Shown here in pieces: positions 25,427-41,963 of a stretch of DNA of 64,000 nucleotides. The stretch lies in assembly GCA_951406725.2 (NCBI GenBank), contig OX597827.1, positions 5,394,001-5,458,000 on the forward strand, written 5' to 3'. The notes under the pieces are model-generated. The model was not told where the DNA came from and searched no databases. It saw nothing but the letters and a program-made list of their open reading frames with translations. This DNA is from Octopus vulgaris (taxonomy: Eukaryota). The position numbers and the translations under genes are program-made. Each line of letters starts with the position of its first letter. Position 1 is the stretch's first letter.

Positions 25427-26209
25427 ATCTATCTATCTATCTATATATATATATATATACACACGAGGAACTACATATGTGTGTGTGTATGCATGCATGT
25501 GTGTGTGCCAATAGCATTGTTATCTCTTAAGAAGAACTTTCATTTGTTGAATGTTTTACATGAATATTTTGTATTTTCTCTATATTTAAGAATTTTATTA
25601 AGACTTTTGGAGTCTGATCAAAATGTATTATATACATGAGCATGTGTGCACACACACAGACACAGACACATGTGCACATGTATAAAGAATCCTGTAAGAG
25701 AATCAGGTAAACACAGTAAAAGTTCAGCTGCCATTTAGAACTAAATTAAAGACATTTCTGTCTGGTTATAGAATCAAGAATGAATAAACCAAATTTTATA
25801 CATTCAAAGCAAGAATTTTACTAAGTTCCAACTTATGATACAGAAAAGGTTTCCAGAGATCAAAACTACTAATAATAATTATGAACATTGATGTAATAAA
25901 GACATCAGAGACACAAGAAAATGTTTAATTTACCAAGTCTAATGAAGACAATGATTTTAAAGACAACGATTGTATTGATAAACAAGAATATTTTTTTCTT
26001 TAGGGTGGCTTGTTTCAATATCAAGAGTTTATATTGTTCCTGAATATTTTTTCCATTTTCATTTAGAGATATTTTAGTGGGGATGAAATTAACCGGAAAC
26101 ATATTAAGTTCATTAAGTCTGATAAACGGGAGCCTGTGGAAATTTAGTGAGCCAGCTTCTAGTCTTATCTATGGCAAGTGCATATGTCTAAAGTACAGCT
26201 AAGATTAAT

Positions 26210-26390
<181 letters not shown>

Positions 26391-27211
26391 AAGAGAGAGA
26401 GAAGGAGATTCATGAATGATCATGCAATTGAACTAAGAAAGTACCCTTCCCAGGCATAAGTCTGGGCAAGGTTGTTTGTGGAAGACCAGTTGTCACCCAT
26501 GCATACAAGTCTTCCTGCTCCATGCCACAAATGTTGTGCAAAAGAAAGGCAAAGGCCAATACAGCTTGGCACCATTTCTATACCCGAGTGAACTAAAGCA
26601 ATGTGAAATAAAGTGTCTTGCTCAAGACCACAACACATAGCCCAGTCCTCTAACCACTGAGCCATACAACTTCATACATTATATATATATATATATACAG
26701 AGAGAGAGAGAAATGTAAAATCATATATATGTATGTATGGGCTCCAACATGGCCATGGTGTTAAGAAGTTTGCTTTCTAACTATGTCCTTTAAAGTTCAG
26801 TTCCACTGTGAGCTACCTTGGGCAAATGCTTATACTATCGCTTTGGGCCAACTTGTCAGATATGCATGAATAAATGTTAATGTCTGTGAGTGCATGTGTG
26901 TGTGTGAGTTTTCCCTCATCTTCACATATGTTCTCTGGTGTTGGATGGCATCATTTGTTTCCAGTTCTCCTCTGAGTAACTATGTCTGGACTGTTTGTTA
27001 TTTGATAGACTGGAAGACTATTGGCTTGTCTGGTAACAGATAGCGGTTGGCATCAGGAAGATATCTTGCCACAGAGAACTTTGCCCCAACGGTCTGTATG
27101 TATGTATGTATTTAGGTAGGTAGGTATGTATGTAGGTAGGTATGTATGTAGGTAGGTAAGTATGTATGTAGGTATGTATGTGTGTGTATACACACAAACA
27201 CACACATATAT

Positions 27212-27256
<45 letters not shown>

Positions 27257-27307
27257 CATATATACATATATATATACATATGTGTATATATATACATATA
27301 TATATAT

Positions 27308-27362
<55 letters not shown>

Positions 27363-27539
27363 TCTGTTACCACACATGCATATATGGGTACAGGACGTCA
27401 CCAACAGTAAACAACATGAAATACGAGAACAAATGAGTTCAATATGCAGACGAGAGAAGCAAATGGAAAACAGGATAAGTAACATAAAGAACGACCCTTC
27501 ATCAGTTGATGGCTGTCTATCTACTTCTCATTTCAAGCA

Positions 27540-28425
27540 AGGGTGCAATGGGTAAATTGTCGCCATTTTATATTTTACATTTTGTGCATGTGAATAGTTT
27601 GTTTTTGATTTTATTGACTACACAGTATAGTAGGGTTAGTTGGGCACTGTCTGTGAGATAAACAGCACCATGATGTAATTCACTCTACAAGATATTTGAA
27701 AACAACATGCTGCACTGCTTGGCTATCATGCCAGAAGCTCCAATACAAACAGATGGTGACCACACAGAACAACTGTTGGCTTGCTGTGTCCCCAAAATAT
27801 GTACCAAGAGTGATAAAAATCAAACTTCTAGTCAACATCATGGTGGATCACTAGTGATGGTGACGTTATGCTTCAATACATCTATCCACATAGCCTCAGT
27901 CTCAATATGGAGGCCTACATCAAGTGCCTCGAAGAAGAAGTAGTGCTGCCCTGGGTCAAGAGGGTAGCCACTGTAAGACCCTATGTCTGGCAACAGGACT
28001 TTGCACCATGACGCACAAGCAGGAGGGCCCAGGTATGGCTGTCAGGCAATTTCTGTGACCACATCATTCCTAACATCTAGCCACCACCTAACTCCCCAGA
28101 CTGCAACCCCTTGATTATTATGTGTGGGGCACAGATGAGTGAGAAACCAGCAAAACTCCTTGTAACACCAAAGATGAAGTGAAGGCAAGGATTAGGGCAG
28201 CATTCACCAACTTAATCAAAGAGACCATCCAGAAGAGTTGCAGGAAATTACAAAGTCGTCTGGAGGCCATGGTTGGAGCCAATGGTGATTTTATTGAATA
28301 AATTTATTCTTTAGTATTTCAAGACATTTTTATGTAATTTTGGTAAATATATCTGTCAAAATGAGATGTCAAGTGTTATTTTCATTTTTGCATAATTTAG
28401 ATGACAGTTTATTCACTCCACCATG
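27540..28425 (+). mobile_element. Degenerate Tc1/mariner transposon with transposase pseudogene
   Basis: Relic translation VLPWVKRV..RPYVWQQDFAP..NSPDCNP/LDYYVWG; degenerate TIR-like ends at ~27540 and ~28400-28425. Confidence 0.85.
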
Positions 28426-28724
28426 AATATATATATACACATATACACATAAACACACACACACACACACATGTGTATATGTTATGTATACATGTATATG
28501 AACGTTTCTGTATTTATGTCGCTATGTATGTGTGTGTGTATATATACATATATTTTTATTTGTATCTATCCATATCCATATATTCATACATACATTACAT
28601 ACATTATATACATACATGCACACATGCATACATCCATGCATACATACATGCATACATATGTATGTATATAGTAACTTTACTACAATTAATTTTTTTCAAC
28701 TTTTCTGTTTTAAATTATTGGCAT

Positions 28725-29370
28725 GTAATTTGAAATTCACGACAGAACAACAATATAAATTAATCAGATTTTATCTACAAAAATCAACGACCAAATGTGC
28801 CAGTACAAAGAGCTTACATTTGTCATTTTTCAGATCAGACAACCACCGTTTAAACTAGCAGTATTCAACTTACTCCAGTGGTTTGAACAACAGGGGTCTG
28901 TAATTAATTTACCACATGTAGGAAGGCTACATGTAAAAGTGGAGCATTGAAGAAGAGCCTCCGACAACAACCTGAAGGCAGTCCCAGCAGCTGGGTATAT
29001 CCTGAAGCTCACTATGGAAGATTAAAAGTATGCTGAATTTATTTCCATACAAAGTACAGCTAGTGCAGGAACTGAAGACAGCAGATTATCAGGTAGGATT
29101 AGTGTATGCTGCCCAGATCAAGAAACTCTAAATTCAATTGGCCCTCATGCTCACCTGATTTAATGGCTCCAGACTTTTTCTTGTGGGAATATCTGAAAGA
29201 TAGAGTATACCATAACAAACCTCGAACCAGCCAGCAGTTTAAGGTGAAGAAATTGAAGGAATAAGCCAAGAAACATTGCAAATGGTGATGAAACTCTCTT
29301 TAGAAAGAGCTCACCATTCTCAAGAATGAAATGATGGCCATTTAAAGGAACATCATTTTTAAAACTAATT
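28725..29370 (+). mobile_element. Second degenerate Tc1/mariner-superfamily transposase relic
   Basis: WPSCSPDLMAPDFFLWEYLKDRVYHNKPRT near 29140-29230; N-terminal relic FTTEQQYKLIRFY near 28735. Confidence 0.8.
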
Positions 29371-30719
29371 AAAAATGTTTTTCACGAAGTGTATTTATTG
29401 TTTATGAAAGAATAAATGTAAATATTTAATAAGCAGAAGGGTTATTATATTTTGAAATGATCAAATGATTTTTGGGCATACATACATACATACATGCGTA
29501 CAGACATACATACATACATACAGACAGACAGACACACACACACACACATACACACACACACACACATACACACACACAAATTGATGGATTGCAATCAGAG
29601 TTTTCAACCATGATTTTGATCAACTGGTTTTTGATCCGCAGAATTATCAAACTCATGTAAGCGGTTGAGTAATCCACAAACATGTTGCGTATCCTTAATG
29701 CAATTCGCTGGCAGAGTCCGTGTACCACTATGTGACAAGGTCAGGCCTTTGAAGTACAGTATAATCCAGCCACCATGCTTCCATATAATTCCCATCTACC
29801 CTATTTCACTTACACAGATAGATGAACATGAGGTTACAGAAAATGTTTCTTGACCATGACATCACACAGCGAGATGAAAATGAACAACTTGTGATTCAGA
29901 AGCAATCTGCTAAATTGTGCTTAAACATGTACATAGACACACACCACATATATTCATTTACTCTTGCACATACACACCTGCATTCATATGTAAATGTTTG
30001 TATGTACATTTTTATGAAAAAATACATCATTTAAGCCTAAATTATTTAGGTTAGTTTCTTGTGAGTGGTTGACAGTAAACAGAATCTACTGTCGGATTTT
30101 AATTCACTGTTGAAATGATTTTGCATCAATTTCAATTATAAGCTATTATTGGTAAAGGCATGAACATCACAACACACATCCTTTAAAAGATAGTTCTGAA
30201 ATGGTTGCATACTGAAGGTAGTACATTAGAAATCATAATTGCCAAATGTGTTAATTCTGTACTCTTTAGCTCATCTAGACTTGAGGACTTGGCCAGAAAT
30301 TTTGGAAGTCTTACTTGTGATAGTCTGATGTTCTGTTCTGGGAAGATCTATATTCAGTTTTTATTTAATGCCATAAGCTTTCAGTTAATTGCCAAAACTT
30401 GTGAGACACAAGACACTTTAAAGATTCACCTCTTTATAATGCTCAGTATATCTTTTGTTGGTACACAAATTTTTTTCAGTACTCACGATCAAAATTTATA
30501 TATAGCAAATGATAACCCAGGGAAAATAAACATTGGAGATACTTTACCCATGTATTAAGTACAGAAACTACTCAGAAGTATTGCAAGCTCTTTTAAGTCC
30601 ATCACAATTTTTAGAAACCCTTCCATATCATCAGCAGATGTTTCAGGGTCACATCTGAATCCTTAGCCTCTATGCTTTGCCTGAAAGGGACAGCAAGGAC
30701 TGAATTAGTCTTAGTCTAT

Positions 30720-31150
30720 AAAAGGGTTCCAACTTTGGTCTCTTGCTAACCACAGCTGGCTACTATGCCTATCTCCTTGGTGGCTTCTTCAGCTATCTGG
30801 GTTCTGGTGCACCAATCTAGCTGGAGAGCCATGGTAGCCAAAAGCTTCAATGGAGAATGAGGCCACCTGCCATCCTTCAAGTGCTTCATTGACCAAGTCT
30901 TGTACGAAATTTTTGTTGAATTCTTTTACTGATAACTCTCTGACTCTTAAAAATCAACTCTTCCATAAAGGATCTTCAAAGACCTTTTTTTTTCATACAG
31001 ATGTCCACAGGAGGAAATACTGTAACACTGAACTCCTGATTGATATTTGAAGAAAATAGTGAGTTCTGCCACAACCATGGGAAGATGCTGGCATCAAATC
31101 TTAACTGGCATTTGGAAAAGAAATAGCTTATCTAATAGAATAGTGTCACG
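30720..31150 (-). mobile_element. Degenerate non-LTR retrotransposon, restriction-like endonuclease (RLE) C-terminus
   Basis: Relic translations QDLVNEALEGWQVASFSIEAFG and QLWLARDQSW resemble the KY..L...GW....PVEVG and WLW.KR motifs of RLE-type elements. Confidence 0.6.
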
Positions 31151-31715
31151 ATCATGCTGTTATGATAACCTACATTTGATATTTCGAAGACTGAAATGAA
31201 AGTAAGGAAAAAAAAAATGTACATTTTCCTATAAATATTTATCTTTCTTTGTTCACTTTAGCTAATACCATTTATAGAGTCCAAAAATATTTCAGACAAC
31301 ATTGATGTTATGCTGGTATTACAAATGTAAAGGAAGTTACTTATATTTCAATTTACTCAATGATAACACTAAAATAGTCATGAAGTCAGATGTTATTATA
31401 AAATCTGTTCTGTTTATTCTATCTCTATGCAATTCTCTATAAAACCATTCTCGAAATGTACCATCTCTTTTTCACATTAATCATGCTATTAATTTTTTCC
31501 CTCATAGCCATCTCATTCCTCTTATAGCCAATGAAATCTTCCTTGATTGCTGTATGTGGTATTAACTCTTGCATATTTATTCTGATGCTGCCCATTATTT
31601 CTATTTGTATGAATATCTGTGCATGGTATTTTAGTATGTGCGTGCGGGTGTATATGTATGGCTGTATGTTTGTCTGTGCATATGTTTGTGCATGTGCGTG
31701 TATGCGTATGTGTGT

Positions 31716-31751
<36 letters not shown>

Positions 31752-32924
31752 TTGTGTGCATGTGAAAATGTACTTCTGCCTGTCAACTAGATTTAATCAA
31801 GGGCATGTCCCTCATCATACAATGATTCAACTAAATGTATTATACAAAAAAAACATAAAAAAAAATGCTAGTGTGTTCTGAGGTGCACAGTAGGACAGAA
31901 GATGTTAATCAAGGTTTCAATACAATGCTGGTAATTCTATAATCCAAATGTTTAGACTTCTATCTGAAAGACTGAATCAATTAATTAGGAGTTACATTGT
32001 AAAACACACTTGGATGTGTGAAAACAGGAGGAAGCAAGGAATATTTATTAATCAATCAATAAGCCAAGATTCAACACTAATGGACAGATAAAGACATGAT
32101 ATCAGCACTGTTTAGTAACATGACACATTTTCCTTCTGTCAAATGTCACTATCACTTAACTATAGCCTCTATATCTTCACTGATAGTTGATTAAATTTGT
32201 TACTTCTTTTTAACTATTGCTTCTTGTAACTCGATTCTCTATGTAACTTTTTTTTTTCTATTATCAATTGATATGATAAATTTGTTGAAAACTATCAATC
32301 ACACCTTAACATCCTTTTGCATTGGTCTGTCTTTGTACAATGTTGCAATTACCAGGCCTTGTATTCTGAATGTGAACTGAGAATTTTCTCAAATACTTTT
32401 GCAAAAATTTTTTTTAACTCAGTTTGAATGAAATAATTAAATTCTTGAAAGTCTTTTCTGATGTCAAATAATCTAATGACACAAATTGAATAAAGATAAT
32501 TAGAATAACTGAAAGAAATATTAAGTTAGAAGAATATATAAAATGATCTCCTACACATCTCATAGAAGTATTCAATTACAGATTCTTAGTATTCTCTCAG
32601 CAAACTTCCTCTTTTTTTTTTATACTTATTTTAGCATTCTCTTAAATAGTTTTTCTCCCAGAGAAATCATGTGAGAATATAAGAGTGGGCACCATCTCAG
32701 AATACTCGAGTATTTATATCAGGTGACATAAGAATATTTCAAGAAATAGGAGTCTATTGTGTAATCACTTTCTGTACAAATTCTATTACTGCTGAAGCTA
32801 TGTATTTAAGTTGGATTTGAACCAAAATTCTATTAATTCCAAGTTCTGATTTAGTAGAGTTTTCTTATTGATATTGATTAAGTAACAAAATATTTCAATA
32901 GAAATTATAAGTGTAAAAACTTAC

Positions 32925-35336
32925 CTGATGTGTCCCTTGGATAATATTTTGGTGTAATATTCCTGTTGGGGAATTTTTCCAATTTTGTCCAGGTTTATGT
33001 CTGGGAAGTGATTCTTTTTTAAGTGTAGCTGTCTGTGTATTTCTTTTCATGCTGTTGTCAGATACCATTGTAATAGAAATATCATATTGAGGAGAGACAG
33101 TCTCAGAAACATATTCTGATGGTCTCCTCTCTTCAGCAAACTTATTATTCCCACCTACATCGTTAGTATAGAGAAATTTTCTTTGGTTGTTTTTCTGAAT
33201 GATACATATTGCAATGGAAACCACAATAGCAACAGATACAATGACAGCTGCAATAACTATGACAGCAACTAAATTAAAATGTATCTTTTTATCAGCCTCT
33301 ATGCCTATAGGTGTAAACATCTTAGACGTATTGTTACTGACAGTCAGTGTCAAAGACAGTATAGTTGTTGCTGATAAAACTGGTGTGCCACTGTCTTTGA
33401 CAACAAACTGAAGATCATATAATCCTGCATCATTTTGGTAAACTGTTCGATAATAAGACAAAGTTCCTGTGTAAGGATTTACTGTAAATAATTGTTTTCC
33501 ATTTCCAGAAAGTATTTCATATTTGAGGAAAGCATTCACATGACTGTCTCTGTCGGAAGCTCTCAAGGTTGTAATGTCACTATTACTCTGTGGATGGTAG
33601 TGAACATCTAAAGTAAAAGGGCTAACACTGGGAAATGTAAAATATGGAGCATTGTCATTTTTATCCATAACTTCAACAATTACAGTGGCAGTGTTACTCA
33701 ATGGCGGGATACCATTGTCTTTGACTAAAACTTTAAATTTATAGACGTCTTGTTGTTCCCGATCCAACATTTGAGTCGTTACAATAAATCCAAAGTTGGA
33801 TATCTTGAAAGGTAAAGCATGGTTGTGGTCATTCAACAAAGAGAAAGAAAGTCGACCACCAGATCCTTGGTCTTGATCAGTTGCATTTATCAAACCAATT
33901 GGAAAATTTGGTTTCTCATTTTCATAAGTTAAAAATTTGAAAACATCACGAGTAAAATGTGGTTGGATGTCATTGACATCTTTTACTTGGACTGTAAACA
34001 TTCTTTTGGTTAGTAACGGTGGCATCCCTTTGTCTTCGCATTCAACTGCAAAATTAAGTTGACTTTGACTTTCTCTGTTTACCGTATTTTTGATGACTAC
34101 TTTGTATTTGTTTGTTCCCAGACTTCTGAGTTCCAGTTTGTCGTGTTCAAGCTGACAGGAAACCTCTCCATTCAAACCAACATCATTGTCAATAACTTTC
34201 ACATAAGCAATGAAACTCCCAACTTTTACTCCTTCTGATATTGTTACTCTGTTGCCTTCAAACTTTGAAACAAACTTCATATCTATTCTTGGAGCATTAT
34301 TTTCTTCATTTAATATGTTTATCAAAACAATAGCAGTTGAACTTAAGGGAGGATTACCATTATCAATAGCTTCAATATAAAGCTTATACATTTGTTTCCT
34401 TTCACCATAGTTTGTCCGAGACTGGAAAATCTCTCCCGTTTTTTCATTAATTGTAAAATGAGATTTTGCCAGAGGAGATGTTTTTGAGCCAAATTGGTAT
34501 AAAATTTCACCATTTTTCCCTGAGTCTAAGTCTGTTGCATGCAAAACAAAAACTGGAATATCTTTCCGAAAACCATTATTAATTGATACATTATATATAT
34601 CCTGAGAAAAGGATGGAGAATTATCGTTTTCATCTGTAACTGAAATCTGAATATCTAAAATGCCTTCCTTTGGTGGAGAGCCACCATCTCTGGCAATAAC
34701 CTGCAGAGTGTAGCTGTCTTTTAATTCTCTGTCAAGTGCTTCTTCTAACATGATACCAATTTTAGCTGTTCCATCAACCTTTTTATTAACTGATAAAGAA
34801 AAGGGTTCATCTAGGTTCTTGTAAAGCTGGTAATTAATCTGGTTGTAAAGTGTACTAACATCTTTGTCTAAAGCATTTGGTATTGATTTCATAAAACCTT
34901 CTCTATCAGTTTCAGAAAATTGAAGTTTGATTTGTTTGCTGGAGAATTCAGGAGCATTGTCATTAATATCATCAATGATTATTTTAATTTCCAAAATTCG
35001 GACAAAAGATTCCTCATGCCTGACTGCAATCTCTACCATTTTAAAACATTCTGAATTATATTTACAGAGGGATTCAGCATCTAATATCTGTGTTGTGTAC
35101 ATTTTACCTGAGTTGGTTATGTTAAACAGTTCAAAATCTTCGCTAATACTTTCATGTAACTGGCTGAATGTAACAGAGCCATGTTCTTGAGGAGGCATGC
35201 TGTCCAAAAAATGAGTTTCATCAGCAATATTCCCTATAAATGTACCTGGACTGTGTCCCTCTGGCACATGGAAGATAACATCTACAGACAATGATTCTCC
35301 AAGAATGAACAATACTACACAAAATTTTAACATCAT
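32925..35336 (-). CDS. Pcdh: Protocadherin gene B, large coding exon (signal peptide, EC1-EC6, TM, proximal cytoplasmic tail); C-terminus encoded by later exon(s)
   Basis: The 815-aa ORF starts at TTG; the first ATG is at 35336 (MMLKFCVVLFILGESLS signal peptide). Cadherin motifs: DINDNAPEF, LDRE, DENDNSPSF, DVNDIQP, DKNDNAPYF, and an EC1 C-x5-C pair. TM helix LVAVIVIAAVIVSVAIVVSIAICII at ~33198-33272. A CAG|GTAAGT donor at 32925/32924 (phase 0, after ...GTHQ) means the final VSFYTYNFY of the ORF is probably intronic read-through. Confidence 0.96.
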
Positions 35337-35445
35337 TTTCAATCATAAGTTAGCTGAGAAAACTGATTAATTTGTTTCAACTCCAAATAAGTCTTCACTG
35401 AGAAGTAACAGTAGCCATCTTGATTTTTTCACTCACGAAGTAAAT
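35337..35445 (-). other. 5' UTR portion of the large Pcdh B exon, starting at a splice acceptor
   Basis: The minus strand reads TCAACTTTTTTCCAG|ATTTAC, with a pyrimidine tract and AG ending at 35446, 109 nt upstream of the ATG. Confidence 0.7.
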
Positions 35446-36349
35446 CTGGAAAAAAGTTGATTATTTTTCAATTAGTGAAACATTATTTTTTTCAAGACTT
35501 TTAGAATTGATTTTTCACTCAATAAAATTAAAAGTACTTATTAAAATTTATCATTTATTCATTTACTTTTTTTTTATATTTCTGTCTTTACAAAATTAGC
35601 TTAGCACAAAAATACAAATCTTAAATTAAAATCTGTGTAGATCTAAATTAAGAAGGAGTGTTTACTAAATTTTTTGGTTTCCGTCCAAACTAATCTAGTG
35701 AAGCTTCAGCAAAGCCATGAGTAAATAGCATTATGAGTTTAAATTCCAATTTACTTCTATAAGCAAAGGTTTCACACTTTCACACCATTTTTGGTTGGAA
35801 AGCATAGCAACAATATATTCATCACAGAAAATTTTTTCATAGATTATAAATGCTTCATAATCTAATTTGGCCAAGGTGATGAAAATGAAAATCTATTTTC
35901 ATAAATGCCATATATTATTGTGAAAAGCTGCCTATTTGAAATAAGTGAAATACATTATTTGCAGATTAAGTAGGTTAAAGGGGAAAAATAAATTGAATAT
36001 GAAAGGTTGAATAGATTGCCCCTTAGGATAAAGAGAATAAAAATTACGAATAAATTCATCTAACTTGGTGAAATTTTAATAGCAGCTTCTTAGCCTATAT
36101 TTTGTCTAAGATATGAAGAGAACAATCTATCTTTCTTTCTCTCTCTTACACCCATCCATGTAGGTGTCTTTGCTTAGATGCATCTGCATTTCCTTCTCTT
36201 TATCTCTCTCTGTCTACATTCAAAGATGTATGTGAGCATATACACACACACATATATATATATACATACATATACATACATATATAAATACATACACACA
36301 TATATATATAGTATGCATGTATGTATATATATATCTTTTATACATAGCC

Positions 36350-36387
<38 letters not shown>

Positions 36388-36799
36388 TTGCATGTCTTTT
36401 AGCAGTGGCTTGTCAGTTTCAAAGTGGTTTAGAATGAGAAAAGTAAGCTCCTTCCCAACACTTGCTTAGGGTCTCACCTTGGGGAAATAACAAAACCTCA
36501 CCCACTAGATTCAATTCTTTCTTTAGACTCCAAAATTTCATTCACCTGAATAAAGATGTCCAAAATGACTGCAAGTCTATGTCTCATGCCGATAATATCC
36601 GGTTATTGGTAAACCTAGCAGAGCTGACAATGGAACAGATGGAGAGTAGTGGAATCCCAGTTCAATTTAATCCTGTTTCAATTCACGTGAGTTGTTAGTG
36701 CAGATTACAAATGTTTCAATAAAACCTTAATTCAGTCTTGATAATTTTGTCTTCAACCAAACTGAGATGATATCCTTATATATATATATATATATATTT

Positions 36800-36838
<39 letters not shown>

Positions 36839-37546
36839 ATTATATTATATATATTATTTATGTGTGTATTTAAATGTGTGTCTGTCTGGTGGTGGGGAAG
36901 GCAGAGAGAAGGAGATAAAAAGAGATATTTAACTGTTGTAAATCCATTTTCCCATGTTAGAACGGGTGAATGGTTTTGCATATTTAGATATTTGCATATT
37001 GTTGGAGCAAATGTTTTTACAGTTGGATGCCTTTCCTAATGTTAACTAGCCAACCATAAAGCGGGGCTGAGACTATTTTTCAGCTACCTATGCTGAGGCA
37101 ATGCACTTTGAACTCATTAAAGTGTGGTCAGCAGTCCAGCACATCATATTAATGGCCTTTGCATCTCTGTCTATAGATGCCTGCGTATATATGTGTGTAT
37201 ATATGTATATATATATATGTGTGTATGTGTGTGTGTGTGTGTGTGTTTGTGATATATGTATATATTATGTATGATTGTTAGTATATGTTAGTGTGTAAGT
37301 ATCTACATAAGTGTATATGTATGCATATTTGTATGAATGAATGTATGTGTCAATTCATTAAAACGCACACACATGCATATGTACACATACTCACACACAT
37401 TTAACTAGCTACATGTATATATCTAAATGCATGTATTGGAGGGTATTTATACTCGTCTCCACATTGCAGAATGGCTGTTTCTTACACATATTTGCATACA
37501 CACTTGCACATATGCATGCATGCATCATACATACATACACCTTCAT

Positions 37547-39390
<1,844 letters not shown>

Positions 39391-40189
39391 CATTTACATA
39401 TGCAAACAGACACACACACAAATGTACATATATATGTATATACAGACTCATACTTACATACTAATTACCTATGTATGCCTGCATATGTATGTACTCTCTC
39501 TCACTCTCTCTCCACACACACACACACACACACACTCATAAAGTTAGATTGCTAGAACTATCGGAGAGTATGGCAACTTATTGTGCATTATCTGTTGTAG
39601 GTCTTTGCTCTATAACAGCAATGTCTACTACAATTCAGGTGCTAACATTTATTGGGCCAAGTTAGTAGCATTTCCTTGGATAAATGTTGCTGGTGAAGAA
39701 CAGAGAGTTTTGCATGCACATCATACAACTGACAGTCAGTTTTCATAAAATTTTGCCCAAGCCTTTGCCTGTGTGTGCAGATGCAAGGCCAATCTTGACT
39801 ATGATAAGTTCTGTATATTTTCGTGTACTTTGTCATTTCATTTTCTTGTCATCACATCGCAGTTCTTCTAGTGCTCTGAAGTTGAACAATCTGCTGATAA
39901 TGTGATAAAACAGCAATGGTTTTCACTTGACAGCTGATGAGGGGCGTATAGTGTCTATGCTTTTGTCATGACTGGTGCATTTTCCCTGTAATCCATTCTT
40001 AATTTTTTTCCCATGTGATCATAATGTTACTGGCTTTTCGCATCACATTCATATACATTGTATATATGAATGTATGTCTGTCTGTGCTTCTATGTGTATG
40101 TATATTTGTGTGTGTATGTATGTGTGATCTATAGTTTCCTAGTTCTTTCTATATATGAATTCTGGTGTACTTATTGTTTAATGCTTTAC

Positions 40190-41140
40190 CTATTCACTTC
40201 CTGTACTCAAACACCAATTTGCCATCACCATCAAACAATATCTTTCCTTTTCAGTGATGACACTTACTTTCATTCTCATTTAATCTTACCCAGTCATACA
40301 TCATCTATATGCAACCTATAAACTACACACAACATCTCTAATTTCAGAAAAGGAGACCCTGAAAGTTTCCTATAGTGACCGAGCTAATCTTCTTCCTTTT
40401 AACAACCAAAATCTCAAAAACAAAATCTCTGATATCAAGAAATTATCAGAGCAATTGTCCCTTTAAAATTAAGCAACACACAAATTAGTAAATCCACTCT
40501 CCCTCCAAATGTTAAGCTTTCAATTACCAAGAGTATCTCCTAATGAAATCACATCATTGTATAGCATCCCAATGGCTAGTTCATCTCTTCTAAATATTTC
40601 ACCCTATCAACCTGCCTCCTGCGAACAACCAACAAACCTCATGTGAGACCTATGATGGAGCATTACTCCTTCATCAGGGACAGTACTGTTCCTGCACACA
40701 CAGCCATCCTTGGCTACATCCAAAAAAAAAAATCATTCAAATGGTTACCATAAAATTCACAAACACAATTCAAGCTTTAGCCCACAGGTGTATCCCTTGT
40801 CTCTAGCTTTTCCACTGTTAATATGTGTTTGTTCCTTGCAACTGTCAGAACCCTGTCTACCACGACTGCCACTCCTAAATCACTCATCTCTTTTTCTCTA
40901 ATCCATCTATTCTCCAGGCACCATACCAATGACTATGCCTAGTTCTCTCTTAGAATATCAGCTCTATGGGATTCACTCTATGATTATGTTTCCCTGCTGG
41001 TGTCAAATTGCAAAAGCTTGCCTTGAGCATTAAAATATCAGTCTCACTGGTCTCCCAGTAGTAGATACATGGCTTTCTAGTAAACCTTATGGCTCTCTAC
41101 ACTCTCAGGTCTAATTAATTTACTGTTCAACATTTGGATG
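40190..41140 (+). mobile_element. Degenerate CR1/L2-like LINE RT relic
   Basis: FLFSDDT (YADD-equivalent) near 40250, ANLLPFN near 40385 and VRPMMEH near 40645. Confidence 0.6.
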
Positions 41141-41361
41141 GAGGTTGAATATATCATACACATATTGGTCAATTTTACCCTTCCTCTCACTTTTACTTTT
41201 TGTCCATCTGTCTGCCTCTCTCTATGGAAAAAATCTGTTATGACCAGAGCTGAAGGTGGTCAGGTTGCATAAGGCCTAGAGGTGCTCAGGATATGCTGTA
41301 TGTCATGTGATGAATCTGTGACTCCAAGTTTATGAAGGCAAGGTATGGTATGAATATGTAG

Positions 41362-41403
<42 letters not shown>

Positions 41404-41744
41404 ACATATAGTGTGCGTGTGTATATTGCTGTATACAAGAGATGAAAGCCAGTATCATAAAGGTTATTGTAGAATAATATAATACAATCTTCACAATGCA
41501 CTAGAAATCTTTTCATGATGTGAAGTCATATTTTCAAAATTCATTCTCCAAGTGTGAACACAAATTACACCTGTATCAGAATTTTTTTGTTCAGTCTGAC
41601 GTTGGTTACTTGAAACTCTCATCAACAGTTTGTGAAGTTTTTCCAGATCCAATAAAGCACCAATTTTAATTCTATGTTCAGTACTTAAGTACTATTTTCC
41701 ACTAGGTTTTGCACATGTCTGCTTCAAAATACATACATACACAA

Positions 41745-41767
41745 TATATATATATATATATATGTGT

Positions 41768-41803
<36 letters not shown>

Positions 41804-41880
41804 TATATAATATAAACAAATTCTCCTATATATGTACATATATATATAAACATATATATAAACAAATTCTCCTATATATA

Positions 41881-41963
<83 letters not shown>

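Noticed and set aside
27499-27505. CTGATGA hammerhead core on minus (also 39934-39940 on plus) in possible Penelope-related relics
   Set aside because: No stem II closure followed by GAAA could be found nearby; incomplete.
32895-32924. VSFYTYNFY* as the true protocadherin C-terminus, and TTG at 35342 as the start
   Set aside because: A consensus donor lies at 32924 and the first in-frame ATG is at 35336; kept only as a possible read-through isoform.
33199-35190. Plus-strand ORFs 33199-33411 and 34927-35190
   Set aside because: Antisense shadows of the protocadherin CDS.
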